This document shows positions 31,216-41,998 of a stretch of DNA of 62,266 bases, piece by piece. Position 1 is the stretch's first letter. Every line of letters starts with the position of its first letter. Below the pieces are notes generated by a model. It ran no database searches and was not told the origin of the DNA. It was given only the letters and a program-made list of their open reading frames with translations. The DNA is from an uncultured bacterium (GTDB taxonomy: Bacteria > Patescibacteriota > JACMRA01). A program made the translations under genes and the position numbers. The stretch covers positions 1 to 62,266 of the forward strand of contig CAWAQU010000008.1 in NCBI GenBank assembly GCA_963784355.1. The letters are read 5' to 3'.

Positions 31216-31824
31216 ATGGCAGAGAAAGTTAGCCGCATCCTGGTTGTATTAGCAAATCCATACAATGATCTGGATCAAAGAGGTAATTTCATAAATAATG
31301 CTTGCAAAGATTTTATTGAATCCTGCCAAAACTCAGGTGTAGAAGTTGATGTATTAGATTTATATAATGACAAAGAGTTTAACCCCATTAGTACCGAAGA
31401 AAAAGATACAAAGGTTATCGAATACCAAATCAGAATTAAAAAATCTCAAGTTATTGTATTTTTCCACATTGTTTGGTGGCTTACAGTTCCGGCAATTTTA
31501 AAAGGATTTATAGATAAGGTTTTTGTCTCCGGTTTCGGTTATAGAACCATAAATAAAATTACTAAAGGTCTACTAAATGATAAAAAAGTTATTGTCTTTG
31601 CTGCAAGTGAAAAGCCTAACTGGCAAATAAACTACATTTACGGCAATGTACTTAGAAATTTTTGGCAAAAAGGCGTTTTAGACTATTGTGGAATACAAAA
31701 TAAATTATATTTATTCGGAAACTTTAGATCTGTTAGCGATGAGACAATAAACAAATGGCATAAAAAAATAATTGACATAGCTGTCAGAGTAAGTGAAAAT
31801 CGAAATATTCTAGATTTATTTTAA
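31216..31824 (+). CDS. NAD(P)H-dependent oxidoreductase, flavodoxin-2 fold
   Basis: LDLY, WWLTVPAILKGFIDKVF. Confidence 0.85.
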   Translation: MAEKVSRILVVLANPYNDLDQRGNFINNACKDFIESCQNSGVEVDVLDLYNDKEFNPISTEEKDTKVIEYQIRIKKSQVIVFFHIVWWLTVPAILKGFIDKVFVSGFGYRTINKITKGLLNDKKVIVFAASEKPNWQINYIYGNVLRNFWQKGVLDYCGIQNKLYLFGNFRSVSDETINKWHKKIIDIAVRVSENRNILDLF

Positions 31825-31825
31825 A

Positions 31826-32446
31826 ATGTTTATAAAGAGATTAGGATATATTGTCGCGACTTGCTGTTTACTGGCTATAGCTTTTTATTTAGGCTACTTA
31901 TTTAGTGTAAGAGAACAACTGAACTTTGTAGAGGATAGAGTTGATGTAACTAACTATAACGGCTCAAAAAAGAACTTTCTGACTCAAATTGAACGTAGAT
32001 CTATTTTTGGTATAGTGGACAATAAAAAACCACAAATATTTGGTGAATTACTTTTTATTCAAGAAGAAGGCAACACTACTCAAATTTTAATAAATTTACA
32101 AAGCGTACCTTTAGCCGTAAAAAGTAGTGACAACAAAGAAAAGGCTATACCAACCGAATTAAACATTGCTCTAGCTACTAAAACATCTGATGGGTTGGAT
32201 TTTGATTACGAAAACACAGGCAAAATAATTTTTAACTCACCGGATAAAAACAGACTTCGAGATGCAAAATTTTTTACTACTATCCCAAAACACCTTTACA
32301 ATGCAGGTGATCCTGCTAAATCAATCCAGAGAATAGAGATGAAAGCAATAAACCCTGAAGACGAAAATATTTTTTCAATAGACAATTCAGATTTACCGAT
32401 TAAAGTAAGACAGAGAAGAGCTCCTTATTTCTGGGTGAATATTTAG
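31826..32446 (+). CDS. Hypothetical membrane-anchored protein
   Basis: N-terminal TM; 206-aa ORF tightly coupled to the upstream gene. Confidence 0.6.
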   Translation: MFIKRLGYIVATCCLLAIAFYLGYLFSVREQLNFVEDRVDVTNYNGSKKNFLTQIERRSIFGIVDNKKPQIFGELLFIQEEGNTTQILINLQSVPLAVKSSDNKEKAIPTELNIALATKTSDGLDFDYENTGKIIFNSPDKNRLRDAKFFTTIPKHLYNAGDPAKSIQRIEMKAINPEDENIFSIDNSDLPIKVRQRRAPYFWVNI

Positions 32447-32466
32447 ATTTTCAGAACTTTAAATTA

Positions 32467-33972
32467 TTACTTTACAGCACCAGTCTGATTAGATTTAGGA
32501 ATACCAATTTCGGGTGCTCGTTTAGGTTCTTGGGAATTTAAAATTTTTAAAGTGTCTTGAACAATTTCCTTACTTAAAACTCTTTGCATATACACAGTTG
32601 CATTCCCTGCTTTTATTTCTATAGCTATTTTTGTTTTTTGATATTCTCTTACTTCATCAGGTGTTGCGTGTTCAAGGTAATTCATAATATTTTTATCCAG
32701 TTTAATTATTTTCTCGAGTAATAGCGTTTCCCATACTTTCTCTGTAAAAACAGGATTCTGTTCTAAATAATTTATAATTTCAGGGATAGTTTTATTTTGC
32801 AAATTAACCTGGCCATGATGAACTCCTAAAATATTAGTTTCAAAATTTGTTGTGTAAAAATTAACTTGCCCGGAATTTCCATCCCTTAAAATCCTCCCTC
32901 CTCTCCTAATCACTTCTCCTTTCTTTCCCTGTATAGAGTTATTGTAGCCTAATGTTAAAAATACATTATCAGTTACCGCTGTGAAATTTGTCTCACCAAA
33001 AAAATTATTTGCCCCAAATTTTTGTATAATACTTGTTTTACCTAAAGGAACAGCAATATTTGATGCTCCCATACCATTTGAATTTAGATAAACGCGATGA
33101 AAAGGGTTATCAGTAGGATTAATACGCTTGCCAAATACCTCTGCAGAATTGAATTTTTGTGTTTTTTCTACAATTTGGGATATTGTTGCCAGGTTAGATA
33201 GCTTATCTAAATGAGTAAGAATTTCTTTTAATTCGTGGTTATTTTTAGCAATTATCGCAATATCATTTTGCATAAGTACAACAACAAAGTTAGGATTTAA
33301 AATAATTTTAGAAAAATTTCGAACAGCATCCTGAGAATTCATTCCTGCTTTGATACCCTCAATAATATTTAAATTTGTATTTGCTTCTCCAAAAACTTTA
33401 CTGTTACTTAAAATTCTAGTATTATTTCCTTGTTTCGAGAAAGTGTTTCCAACTATTTGTTTATCTTGCATTAAATCTCCAAGTTTTAACACAATAGGAT
33501 TTTTATATTTTTTGAAGTCATACATATTTCCTGCATTATGCACAGCCGTAATATAACCTTTAATTCCGCTTGGTAGATCTATTTTTACTGCTGAACCAAA
33601 TGCAATCATATCTTCTCTATTTTTATCCCAACCTCCATTATAAAATATAACAGACTCAACAGATTTAAAATTTAAACGTTTAGCAAACTCTTCATAATAT
33701 TTTTCTGCTTTGATGGTTGAATTTTGATCCACAATATTATATTGGGTATCATTTACATACTCTTCTATTTTTTGTGTTTGTTCATCATTATTCGGACTAA
33801 AGGCGTTGGCAATATTTGCAGGTAATACAGTGGGAACCAAGGTTACAGCAAGAGTGGCTAAACGCATGAGTAATGACTTGTTTAAGCTAGGATTTTTCTG
33901 CTCGGAGCTTTTACCGTGAGAATCAATATCTTGTTTATTGGGCTTATTATTGCCAGGTATTTTATCAGACAT
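32467..33972 (-). CDS. Secreted trypsin-like serine protease (divergent)
   Basis: Signal-like segment ending ANA; ITAVH, NDIAII and DGNSG in catalytic order, then ILGVH. Confidence 0.6.
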   Translation of the reverse strand: MSDKIPGNNKPNKQDIDSHGKSSEQKNPSLNKSLLMRLATLAVTLVPTVLPANIANAFSPNNDEQTQKIEEYVNDTQYNIVDQNSTIKAEKYYEEFAKRLNFKSVESVIFYNGGWDKNREDMIAFGSAVKIDLPSGIKGYITAVHNAGNMYDFKKYKNPIVLKLGDLMQDKQIVGNTFSKQGNNTRILSNSKVFGEANTNLNIIEGIKAGMNSQDAVRNFSKIILNPNFVVVLMQNDIAIIAKNNHELKEILTHLDKLSNLATISQIVEKTQKFNSAEVFGKRINPTDNPFHRVYLNSNGMGASNIAVPLGKTSIIQKFGANNFFGETNFTAVTDNVFLTLGYNNSIQGKKGEVIRRGGRILRDGNSGQVNFYTTNFETNILGVHHGQVNLQNKTIPEIINYLEQNPVFTEKVWETLLLEKIIKLDKNIMNYLEHATPDEVREYQKTKIAIEIKAGNATVYMQRVLSKEIVQDTLKILNSQEPKRAPEIGIPKSNQTGAVK

Positions 33973-34254
33973 AAAATTGTATTAAATTAGAACTAAACCT
34001 AACCATAACATAATATTTATGGATTAACAAGATTTAAGGTATCCAAATAACAGAATTTCAAGCCCCTTTAAAAACTTTTTATTTGTAGATTGAAGCTATG
34101 ATTGTTTTTACAAACACTTTTTTATTTCTGTTTTTGGATAAATACACTCAATACTATATTTTACTCTAATATTGGAGCTTTGTAAAATAAAGAGCCTCGT
34201 AACAAAATAAACCCTAAATTATAGGATTTTTTAGATATTAACTTTTTTAACTGT

Positions 34255-34842
34255 TTATCTTTTATTCAAAATTTCCAAGCCCTTTTTTACAGTATCTACC
34301 AAATTACCCTCTTGCCAAGAACCTTGTTTTTTTAATTTTGAGATGGTTGCAACTATTTCTCCACGTTTATAACCTAAATTGCTTAGTGTGTCTGTAAAAT
34401 CTATTGACATTTGACTACTACTTTCCGAGGTTTGTAAATTTTCTAAATCAGTAGTGGCACCTTTCAGCTCTAAAATGATTTTTTTAGCAGTTTTTTGCCC
34501 GAGCCCTTTGATATCTGACAAAATTTCAATATCCGCTTGCTGCACTGCATCAATTACTTTTTGATATCCGATTGTATATAAAATATTAGCTGCCATTTTT
34601 GGACCTACCCCTGATACTTTAGTCAGTTTTTCAGCCCAAATCCTATCATCCATATTTTCAAAAGCAAAAAGTTCATCTTTGTCTTCTCTTTTCACCTCCC
34701 ATATAAACAAATCCAGGTTTTCATTAACCATGTAACTTCTGTATGGAGATTTAGATAAAATGTACCCTACCCCGCTAGGTATTTTTAAAATCATTTGACT
34801 TTCCAAAAAGGCAACAATCCTACCGCTTAAATAACCTATCAT
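34255..34842 (-). CDS. ruvA: Holliday junction branch migration protein RuvA
   Basis: MIGYLSG, GVGY, KVSGVGPK, IKGLGQKTAKKIILELK, LSNLGY. Confidence 0.96.
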   Translation of the reverse strand: MIGYLSGRIVAFLESQMILKIPSGVGYILSKSPYRSYMVNENLDLFIWEVKREDKDELFAFENMDDRIWAEKLTKVSGVGPKMAANILYTIGYQKVIDAVQQADIEILSDIKGLGQKTAKKIILELKGATTDLENLQTSESSSQMSIDFTDTLSNLGYKRGEIVATISKLKKQGSWQEGNLVDTVKKGLEILNKR

Positions 34843-34845
34843 ATA

Positions 34846-35694
34846 TTAACTTAACCCGATTAATTTATCTCTTGCAATGTCTTTTTCTCTGCCCTCACTG
34901 TGTTTTAAAATTAAAGCATAAATCTCTACAGCTTTTTCTTTTTCATCATATTTTTCATAAAGACTACCTAATTCAAGCCAAATATCGTAATGATTTAGTC
35001 CCGAAGTCTTCAATTTTTCAAGTATACGAGCTTCCAATTTTTCAAACACGCTCATATCTTTATCACTCTTCTTTTTTCCGGTGGAATTTGAAGCAGCAAA
35101 ACCAATTGTTGCAAATCCCTCCTCTTTTTTCACGGATTGGCTTGGAGTTTGGTAATCTACATCTTTTACTTCTTTTTCCGGTACATCTGAATAATATTCT
35201 TTATTATTACTTACAGGCAAAGCTTCACTAGGATCTACATACTCTGCTTTTGCGGGATTAGTGGTAGTATCATTTTCGCTTCTAATTACTTCAGGTTCGA
35301 TTTTAGTTTCATCAACAGGCTTTGTAAGGGTAAGTAAGTACTTGAAAAATCTAGCAATGTAAGCAAAAGCATTTTTACGGAATAGGTTAAATTCTTCAAT
35401 AATTTTGTTTATCCAGCCAGGATATTCTTGCTTGGTGATACTTACTACCGTCCTATTGTATATATCAGTCGCAACTTGGAGTGCTTTGTTTTTATTAAGA
35501 GAACTGCCCAAATCTAAGCTAGAAAAATTTTCAGAAAAGGATGATTTTTGAGAAAAAGTATCAGGCCTTGGTCTAATTTTACTTGTCAAATCATTAACCT
35601 TTTTATTTTCCCATAAATAAACTGTATAATTAAGAGTCAATATAGCTAAAAATCCGAAAGCTATGGCAAGCAAGAGGCTTAAGAAAACCATCAT
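34846..35694 (-). CDS. Membrane protein with C-terminal TPR
   Basis: N-terminal TM; WLELGSLYEKYDEKEKAVEIYALIL. Confidence 0.6.
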   Translation of the reverse strand: MMVFLSLLLAIAFGFLAILTLNYTVYLWENKKVNDLTSKIRPRPDTFSQKSSFSENFSSLDLGSSLNKNKALQVATDIYNRTVVSITKQEYPGWINKIIEEFNLFRKNAFAYIARFFKYLLTLTKPVDETKIEPEVIRSENDTTTNPAKAEYVDPSEALPVSNNKEYYSDVPEKEVKDVDYQTPSQSVKKEEGFATIGFAASNSTGKKKSDKDMSVFEKLEARILEKLKTSGLNHYDIWLELGSLYEKYDEKEKAVEIYALILKHSEGREKDIARDKLIGLS

Positions 35695-35993
35695 AATTAT
35701 ATAATTCTATGCTTTAAGTGTAAATATGTGTCAAGAGTAAGTTTTGCTTTAAATATGATATTTAATTATTATCCAAGTTCAGACTAATTTTTTGCTCTAT
35801 CTTTATTTAACTTTTGATTTAAAAAATCCTACTTTTTTATGTACAAGAAATATTTTTGACAAATCTACCACTTTTTAGGAGATACATAATAAATTGTTTT
35901 CATCCTTTAAATTTATCGCTATCAGCGTATTAACCAGTATTTCCTGTTGACACAAAGCAAAATATTTTTCATATAAATTTTGAAAACATTATT

Positions 35994-36296
35994 ATGGCTA
36001 GATATACTAAAAACAACGTAATTGACAACGTTTCTAAGGAAATGGAAATGTCAAGAAAACAAGTAGAAAAAATTTATAACGGGCTTGTTAAAAACATTAC
36101 AGATGCAATTTCAGGTGGACACACTGTTGCTTTACCTGACCTTGGAATCTTTGGTTCTAAAGAAAGAAAAGCAAGAAGTGGTAGAAATCCAAAAACAGGA
36201 GATGCACTTAAAATTGCAGCTAAAAAAGTCGGTACATTTAAATTCGGTAAAAAGGTCCGCGATTTAATCTCCGGAGGAAAAAAATCTAAAAAATAA
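35994..36296 (+). CDS. hup: HU DNA-binding protein
   Basis: RKARSGRNPKTGDALKIAAKK...FK. Confidence 0.95.
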   Translation: MARYTKNNVIDNVSKEMEMSRKQVEKIYNGLVKNITDAISGGHTVALPDLGIFGSKERKARSGRNPKTGDALKIAAKKVGTFKFGKKVRDLISGGKKSKK

Positions 36297-36340
36297 GTTG
36301 GGGCTAAAACCTTGCTTATTAAACATATTCCCATTATTTT

Positions 36341-36368
36341 ACCCGCATCGTAGCGGGTTTTTTGTTTT
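36341..36368 (+). terminator. Intrinsic terminator after HU
   Basis: ACCCGC-ATCGTA-GCGGGT followed by a T-rich tract. Confidence 0.75.
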
Positions 36369-36455
36369 ACCAATTAAATTGAAATTGATCTTAGTTTAAA
36401 TTGCTATTACTATATTTCCCCAATAAAAAATACCCGCTTATATACGGATAATCTA

Positions 36456-36541
36456 TGGTGCCGAGGAAGGGACTCGAACCCTTACATCATCACTGATAAA
36501 GGATTTTAAGTCCTTCGTGTCTACCATTCCACCACCTCGGC
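36456..36541 (-). tRNA. tRNA-Leu(TAA)
   Basis: GCCGAGG acceptor stem, TGGTA D-loop, AAGGA-CTTAAAA-TCCTT anticodon arm, long variable arm, GTTCGAGTC, encoded CCA. Confidence 0.97.
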
Positions 36542-36629
36542 TTGATCAGTAATCTGAGCATAATTAACTAACAATTTCCGTTATTTGTCAAGATTTGATT
36601 AAAAATGAATTTTCGTTAAATTTTAAAGT

Positions 36630-38009
36630 ATGAAAACAAAAACAGTGTTTAAATGCTCAAATTGCAATTTTGAAATAGGTAAATGGCAGGGAAAGTGTCC
36701 AAATTGCGCGGCCTGGAACTCTTTTCAAGAAGTTTTATCAAGCAAAAGCAATCCCGAATCAAACCTCAAAAGTATTTCAGGAGACAATTTTACTCTAGTA
36801 CCTGAAAGCCTGGAAGAAGTTTTAAATAAAGTAAAAACACAAAATCAAAAAAGGCTTTATAATTTCTCTGCAGATATTTTAAATAATTTTTTTGGCAATG
36901 GTTTGGTTGCAGGAAGTATTACTCTTTTAGCTGGTGAACCGGGATTAGGAAAATCCACTCTTGGCTTACAGCTCCTAAGATCGCTACATTTAGGAAGTAC
37001 CAAAGATAAGTTAAACTTACTTTATATCACAGCGGAGGAATCGGCTTTTGAACTAGCTAGAAGAAGTGAAAGGTTAAAAATCCCGAAAGAAATCATGGTT
37101 TTGCAAGCCAATAATTTTGAGCAAATCGAGCAAGTTCTGTACAATAATAAGCCCAACATAGTCATAATCGACTCAATACAAACAATTTTTAGTAGCCAAG
37201 TCCAATCCAATCCTGGAAGTATTAGCCAAGTTTCTACACTCGCCTCGCAGCTACTAGCAATTTCCAAATCAGAAAATATTAGTATAATACTAATCGGTCA
37301 TGTGACTAAAGAAGGTCAAATTGCGGGACCTAAGACACTAGAGCATCTTGTTGACGCAGTACTTTTACTAGAATCTTCCGACAGCCCTCAATATCGTACA
37401 TTAAATTTTACCAAAAACAGATTTGGCACCACAAGCAGCCTACTTTTACTTAAAATGGAAGAAACCGGATTGGAAATAGTCACCGACCCAAGTCTGGCTC
37501 TGCTTGAAAACTTGGAAAATGGTGTGGGTATTTGTTATGGCTTGGCAATTGATAAGGATTTACCTTTAATTATCGAAATTCAAGCACTAGTATCTAAAGC
37601 TAATTTTAGTGGAAATTTTTTTGGTAGACGCGAAACGATTGGCCTAAAAGTAGCCAAGTTAAACAGCATACTTGCAATTGCAGAAAAATACCTGGATATA
37701 GATTTAAAAAATCGTGATATTTATATACAAGTCGTAGGCATGCCGAAAAATCTGCAAGATGATAGTCTTGATTTACCTATTTTACTAGCAATTTTGTCTT
37801 CAATGAAAGAACAAAAACTTACCCAAATACTTAAGTTTACTGAAAAAGACAAGTTGGCATTTGCCGGCAGATTGACTTTTAGTGGAGGGTTAAGAAATGC
37901 AACAAACTCCGAATTAAGAGAAAAAACAGCCAAAAGCTTAGGCTTCAAATACAATTCTAAAATTAAAATCGGCGAAATTGAAAAGGCAATTTTGGAAGTG
38001 ATCTCTTAA
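36630..38009 (+). CDS. radA: DNA repair protein RadA/Sms
   Basis: C4 zinc finger, GEPGLGKST, IDSIQT, GHVTKEG, KNRFG. Confidence 0.96.
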   Translation: MKTKTVFKCSNCNFEIGKWQGKCPNCAAWNSFQEVLSSKSNPESNLKSISGDNFTLVPESLEEVLNKVKTQNQKRLYNFSADILNNFFGNGLVAGSITLLAGEPGLGKSTLGLQLLRSLHLGSTKDKLNLLYITAEESAFELARRSERLKIPKEIMVLQANNFEQIEQVLYNNKPNIVIIDSIQTIFSSQVQSNPGSISQVSTLASQLLAISKSENISIILIGHVTKEGQIAGPKTLEHLVDAVLLLESSDSPQYRTLNFTKNRFGTTSSLLLLKMEETGLEIVTDPSLALLENLENGVGICYGLAIDKDLPLIIEIQALVSKANFSGNFFGRRETIGLKVAKLNSILAIAEKYLDIDLKNRDIYIQVVGMPKNLQDDSLDLPILLAILSSMKEQKLTQILKFTEKDKLAFAGRLTFSGGLRNATNSELREKTAKSLGFKYNSKIKIGEIEKAILEVIS

Positions 38010-38010
38010 T

Positions 38011-38661
38011 TTAAAACAACCCTTTCATAATCTCTTCAGGGGAATCAACTAATTTAAAAAGGTTCATAAAATCAGGGGCCACAACTTTTCTATCTTCAAG
38101 TAATACTTCTTTAAACCAGTCTACATAACCTTTCCAAAACTTTGAATCATATAAAAATATTGGTTTTGCAGGGTATTTTTTAGTTTTAATCAAAGTCAAA
38201 ATTTCCATCAACTCATCCAAAGTGCCAAGCCCACCGGGAGCAAATATAAACACGTCCGATTGTCTCAAAAGATATTTCCTTACTGAAAATTGGGTAAACA
38301 TCAGTACTAAATCAGGATTCAAAGTTGAAGGTTCTCCAGCTATGTCAATTTTAAAAGCTATGGCCTTCCCTTTACTTTGTTGTGCTCCTTTGAGAGCTGC
38401 TTCCATGATACCTGGACCGCCGCCTGAAACTACACCCCAGCCCCTTTCGGCAAAATTAGATGCAATCTGCAAAACTCCCCCATAAGCTTCAGAATTTGGC
38501 TGCACCATTGCCCCACCATAAAAAGTTACTGAATACGCACCCAGTGAATTTAACGCCAAGAAACCTCTCTCATATTCTTTGTTTATAATATCTAGCAAGT
38601 TAAACTGGGACTCGTCTAAAGTCTGTAAATTAGAAGATGAGTCAATGGCTTTGAGTTTCAT
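38011..38661 (-). CDS. LOG family protein
   Basis: SGGGPGIMEA and PGGLGTLDE. Confidence 0.92.
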   Translation of the reverse strand: MKLKAIDSSSNLQTLDESQFNLLDIINKEYERGFLALNSLGAYSVTFYGGAMVQPNSEAYGGVLQIASNFAERGWGVVSGGGPGIMEAALKGAQQSKGKAIAFKIDIAGEPSTLNPDLVLMFTQFSVRKYLLRQSDVFIFAPGGLGTLDELMEILTLIKTKKYPAKPIFLYDSKFWKGYVDWFKEVLLEDRKVVAPDFMNLFKLVDSPEEIMKGLF

Positions 38662-38804
38662 ATAATGTGTATACAATTAAGGTGTACTTAAAATATTACC
38701 TAAAAAATATTAGATAAATCAGATATGTAAGTTTAAAATGTTTAATTCAAGATAGCTTGAGTTAATATAACATAATTATACTCTATATTTATTAAATTGT
38801 AAAA

Positions 38805-40091
38805 TTACTCTTCCCAGACTTTTTTAGCTTCTTTTTGTAAATAATTTTGTAATCTAGGTATATCCGAGTCCAATTTTTCGAAGTTTAACTCGTCTACTAG
38901 ATCAGATATTTGATAATATAACTCAGGATTTAAACCTAGCAAATTTTCAATTTCATCTCCAAATCCACTCTGTACTTTTCCCAAAATATCCCCACTCCCT
39001 CTTAATTCCAAATCTTTTTCGGCAATTTGGAAACCGTCTTGCAATTGGCAAATATATTTTAATCGTTTAGCTCTGGTAAATTCCTTAGATGTTATAAGCA
39101 AGCAGCGATTGTCACTAAAGCTATTTCTACCTACCCTACCGCGTATTTGATGCAAAGCTGACAAACCGAACCTTTCGGCATTTAAAATCAAAACTAGACT
39201 AGCTTCCGGCACGTCCACACCCACTTCCACAACTGTGGTTGCAATTAAAACGTTTTGGTCCCATGAATTCTTAAATTTAGCTAAAATATCTTTTTTTTCA
39301 GTCAATTTACCATGTACAGTCAAAATATTACCTTGAAAAAATTTATTAAAAAACTTCTCAGCCTTAGCCACTGACCAGAGTTCGTCTTCCTCATCTTTTT
39401 CTTCTATTTTGGGACAAATTATATATACTTTTCTTTGTTTATCTAGTTCATTTTGAATCAAGGGAACTGCATTTTTCTCCAAATTATCAAAAATTTCAAT
39501 GTTAGTTCTAATTGGATTACGCTCTTTAAGTGGCTCCAGAAAATGTGGCTGAAGCGATTTATAAACAGTTAGTGCAAGGGTGCGGGGAATGGGAGTAGCT
39601 GTAAAAGATACAAAATGAGGGGTGGTCTGTATTTTATCGTCCAAATTATGCTTTTGAGTCAGACTCTTCCTTTGCTCTACACCAAAACGATGCTGCTCGT
39701 CCACTAAAATCAAATCCGGAACGATTAAAGTCTGAAATAAAACGGCATGGGTACCAATGATAAATCTATGCTTAATATCTGTGTTTGTGAGTTCAAGTTC
39801 CAATTTCTTTTTAGTTAATTTCTCACTTTCAACTAAACTTTGTTTGTTTGATAAAAATATGCATCTAACACCACTTACAAAATCATCCTGCCACATGTTT
39901 TTGTACTCCAAAAATTTCTGATAGTGCTGAAAGGCTAAAACTTCCGTAGGAGCTAACATTACTACAGTAGACTCAGGTAAAGTTTTAAGATAATTTAAAG
40001 CCAACAAAAAAGCTACAATAGTTTTACCACTACCTACATCACCGATTACAATTCGATTTATTGCATTTTTTTTATTTGAATCAACTATCAT
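38805..40091 (-). CDS. recG: RecG-like helicase, helicase core only
   Basis: GDVGSGKT, APTEVLA, DEQHRFGV, TATPIPRTL, ATTVVEVGVDVP, LHQIRGRVGR, DGFQIAEKDLELRG. Confidence 0.9.
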   Translation of the reverse strand: MIVDSNKKNAINRIVIGDVGSGKTIVAFLLALNYLKTLPESTVVMLAPTEVLAFQHYQKFLEYKNMWQDDFVSGVRCIFLSNKQSLVESEKLTKKKLELELTNTDIKHRFIIGTHAVLFQTLIVPDLILVDEQHRFGVEQRKSLTQKHNLDDKIQTTPHFVSFTATPIPRTLALTVYKSLQPHFLEPLKERNPIRTNIEIFDNLEKNAVPLIQNELDKQRKVYIICPKIEEKDEEDELWSVAKAEKFFNKFFQGNILTVHGKLTEKKDILAKFKNSWDQNVLIATTVVEVGVDVPEASLVLILNAERFGLSALHQIRGRVGRNSFSDNRCLLITSKEFTRAKRLKYICQLQDGFQIAEKDLELRGSGDILGKVQSGFGDEIENLLGLNPELYYQISDLVDELNFEKLDSDIPRLQNYLQKEAKKVWEE

Positions 40092-40200
40092 TTTATCTTA
40101 CATCTAATCTTGTTTGGCTGAATTAATCCACTTTCTTCAGAGCTTGTCAAAACGTGTATTTTGTGCTAAATAATTCTCATCCATCCATTTAGACCTTTTT

Positions 40201-41268
40201 ATGAAAAACACTCCTGACCTGCTAGAAACGGCTGCCAAGTTTTTACACCAAAATAAAATTATTGTGCTGCCTACAAAAAATATTTACTATCTAGTTGCTA
40301 AAGCCAGTCCGGAAAATTACAAAAAATTTAACCAACTTAAGCAATCTTCCACAGACTTAAACCCTACGTATTTTTTCCGAAGTGTAGAAAGTTTACTCCA
40401 AAATGTGCATGAGGTATCTTCTGATATAAATTTTTTACTTCATACTCTAGCACCCGGACCAATTACCTTAATTTTAAAATCTAAAGGTTTTTTCGGTTTA
40501 TCAAGAGATTTGGCCTGTACAATACCCTCTCAACCTGAGGTTCAAGAACTTTTAGCAAAATTCAAAGACCCCTTAATAGCTACGTCCGCCAATCCAACCG
40601 GCTTTCCCCCTGCTACAAATCTACAGTCAGCCAAATTTTACTTTGAAAAAGATGTGGAATTAATTCTGAATTTCGAACAAGCAGCAAAAAATTCATTGGA
40701 AGCTACAGTTCTTGATTGTACAGAAGAAAAGAAAGTTAAAGTTATTAGACCTGGGATTTTGGATCTTAGAGAAGTTATAAAAATATTGCCAAAATATATC
40801 AAATTGGAAAAAACTTATTTAGATTATAAAGAAAAACCTACTGAAAATTTAAGCCTTATTAAACAGAAAAATTTAGAAATTATAACTGATTCTAACTCTA
40901 GAGTAGTCCTTGGAACTAAAGAGAAATTGAAAGAGGTTTTCAACTTAGGTGACATTGGCTATTTTCACACTTTAAAATGGAATAACTACACATTAATCAA
41001 TATCGGCAGCCAAACTTATTCACAATCAATTCTACATAATCTATACAGCAATATTTTCATTGCAAACAATCTTGAGGCTAAAGAGAAAATTTTACTTTGG
41101 CAAAATCTGGGTAAAAATCACTGGAATGAAGTAATTGAATATACTTTAAAGAGATACACTAAAGAAGTAGCTAACGCAGAAACTATTCAGGCCAAAGACG
41201 AACAGGAGCAGGTTGAGGCTACTTTAGGTGGTATTTTAAATACTCCTTTGATGAGTCTAAACAATTAA
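40201..41268 (+). CDS. tsaC: Sua5/TsaC threonylcarbamoyl-AMP synthase (divergent)
   Basis: LPT..IY.L, PGPITLIL, TSAN, IRPG; C-terminal extension. Confidence 0.75.
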   Translation: MKNTPDLLETAAKFLHQNKIIVLPTKNIYYLVAKASPENYKKFNQLKQSSTDLNPTYFFRSVESLLQNVHEVSSDINFLLHTLAPGPITLILKSKGFFGLSRDLACTIPSQPEVQELLAKFKDPLIATSANPTGFPPATNLQSAKFYFEKDVELILNFEQAAKNSLEATVLDCTEEKKVKVIRPGILDLREVIKILPKYIKLEKTYLDYKEKPTENLSLIKQKNLEIITDSNSRVVLGTKEKLKEVFNLGDIGYFHTLKWNNYTLINIGSQTYSQSILHNLYSNIFIANNLEAKEKILLWQNLGKNHWNEVIEYTLKRYTKEVANAETIQAKDEQEQVEATLGGILNTPLMSLNN

Positions 41269-41310
41269 TAACTTGCCTAAAATAAAAATAACTATACCAC
41301 TACAGGTAGT

Positions 41311-41976
41311 ATGTACTTCTATGTACAAGATTTAAACAGAAGCCTTATTTCCGGCTACAACGCTGAACATTTATTTAGCTGCAGGGTGAAACCCGGTGAC
41401 AAGCTCAATTTTAGTGATTTTAAAGGTAATCTAGCTATTGCCGAGATAGTTATTGTAGATAAAAAAACTAAATCAATAAGATACAAAACTTTAGAAAAAA
41501 ATAATTTCGGGAGGCCGGAAGTTGAAAATGTTTTATTTCAAGCCATTCCTGACAAACAGTATTTGGAGAAGCTCTGTGAAGTAATCCCTTTAGCTAATAT
41601 ACACAAGTTAGTTTTATTTCATTCTGATTATTCTTTAAATTACAATATAAACTTGGAAAGGCTCCAAAAAATTATAATACGATCATCTGAGCAAGGTGAA
41701 AGACTGTTTTTACCGGAAATTGAGATACTTAAAGCTAAGGATGAATTGTTGAATTTAATTGAGCAACATAAACCCCTTGTATTGCACACACAAGACACAA
41801 AAAGCAAAAATATAGAGAAAGATCACAGCAGTATTTTAGTAGGTCCGGAGGGTGGCTGGAGCCAGGAAGAAATAAATAGATTTAAAAATTTAAACTTAGA
41901 TTTTGTTAATTTAGGGCAAACAATATACCCCGCATGGTTAGCAGGGTATAGCTGGTTTATAAAAAATTCGATCTAA
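41311..41976 (+). CDS. rsmE: 16S rRNA m3U1498 methyltransferase
   Basis: SSEQGER...P and ILVGPEGGWS. Confidence 0.88.
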   Translation: MYFYVQDLNRSLISGYNAEHLFSCRVKPGDKLNFSDFKGNLAIAEIVIVDKKTKSIRYKTLEKNNFGRPEVENVLFQAIPDKQYLEKLCEVIPLANIHKLVLFHSDYSLNYNINLERLQKIIIRSSEQGERLFLPEIEILKAKDELLNLIEQHKPLVLHTQDTKSKNIEKDHSSILVGPEGGWSQEEINRFKNLNLDFVNLGQTIYPAWLAGYSWFIKNSI

Positions 41977-41998
41977 TAATTTACAAACTGATTGGGCA

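Noticed and set aside
36456-36541. tRNA-Leu as integration site of an island or prophage
   Set aside because: No integrase, no duplicated tRNA 3' end noticed, and housekeeping genes on both sides.
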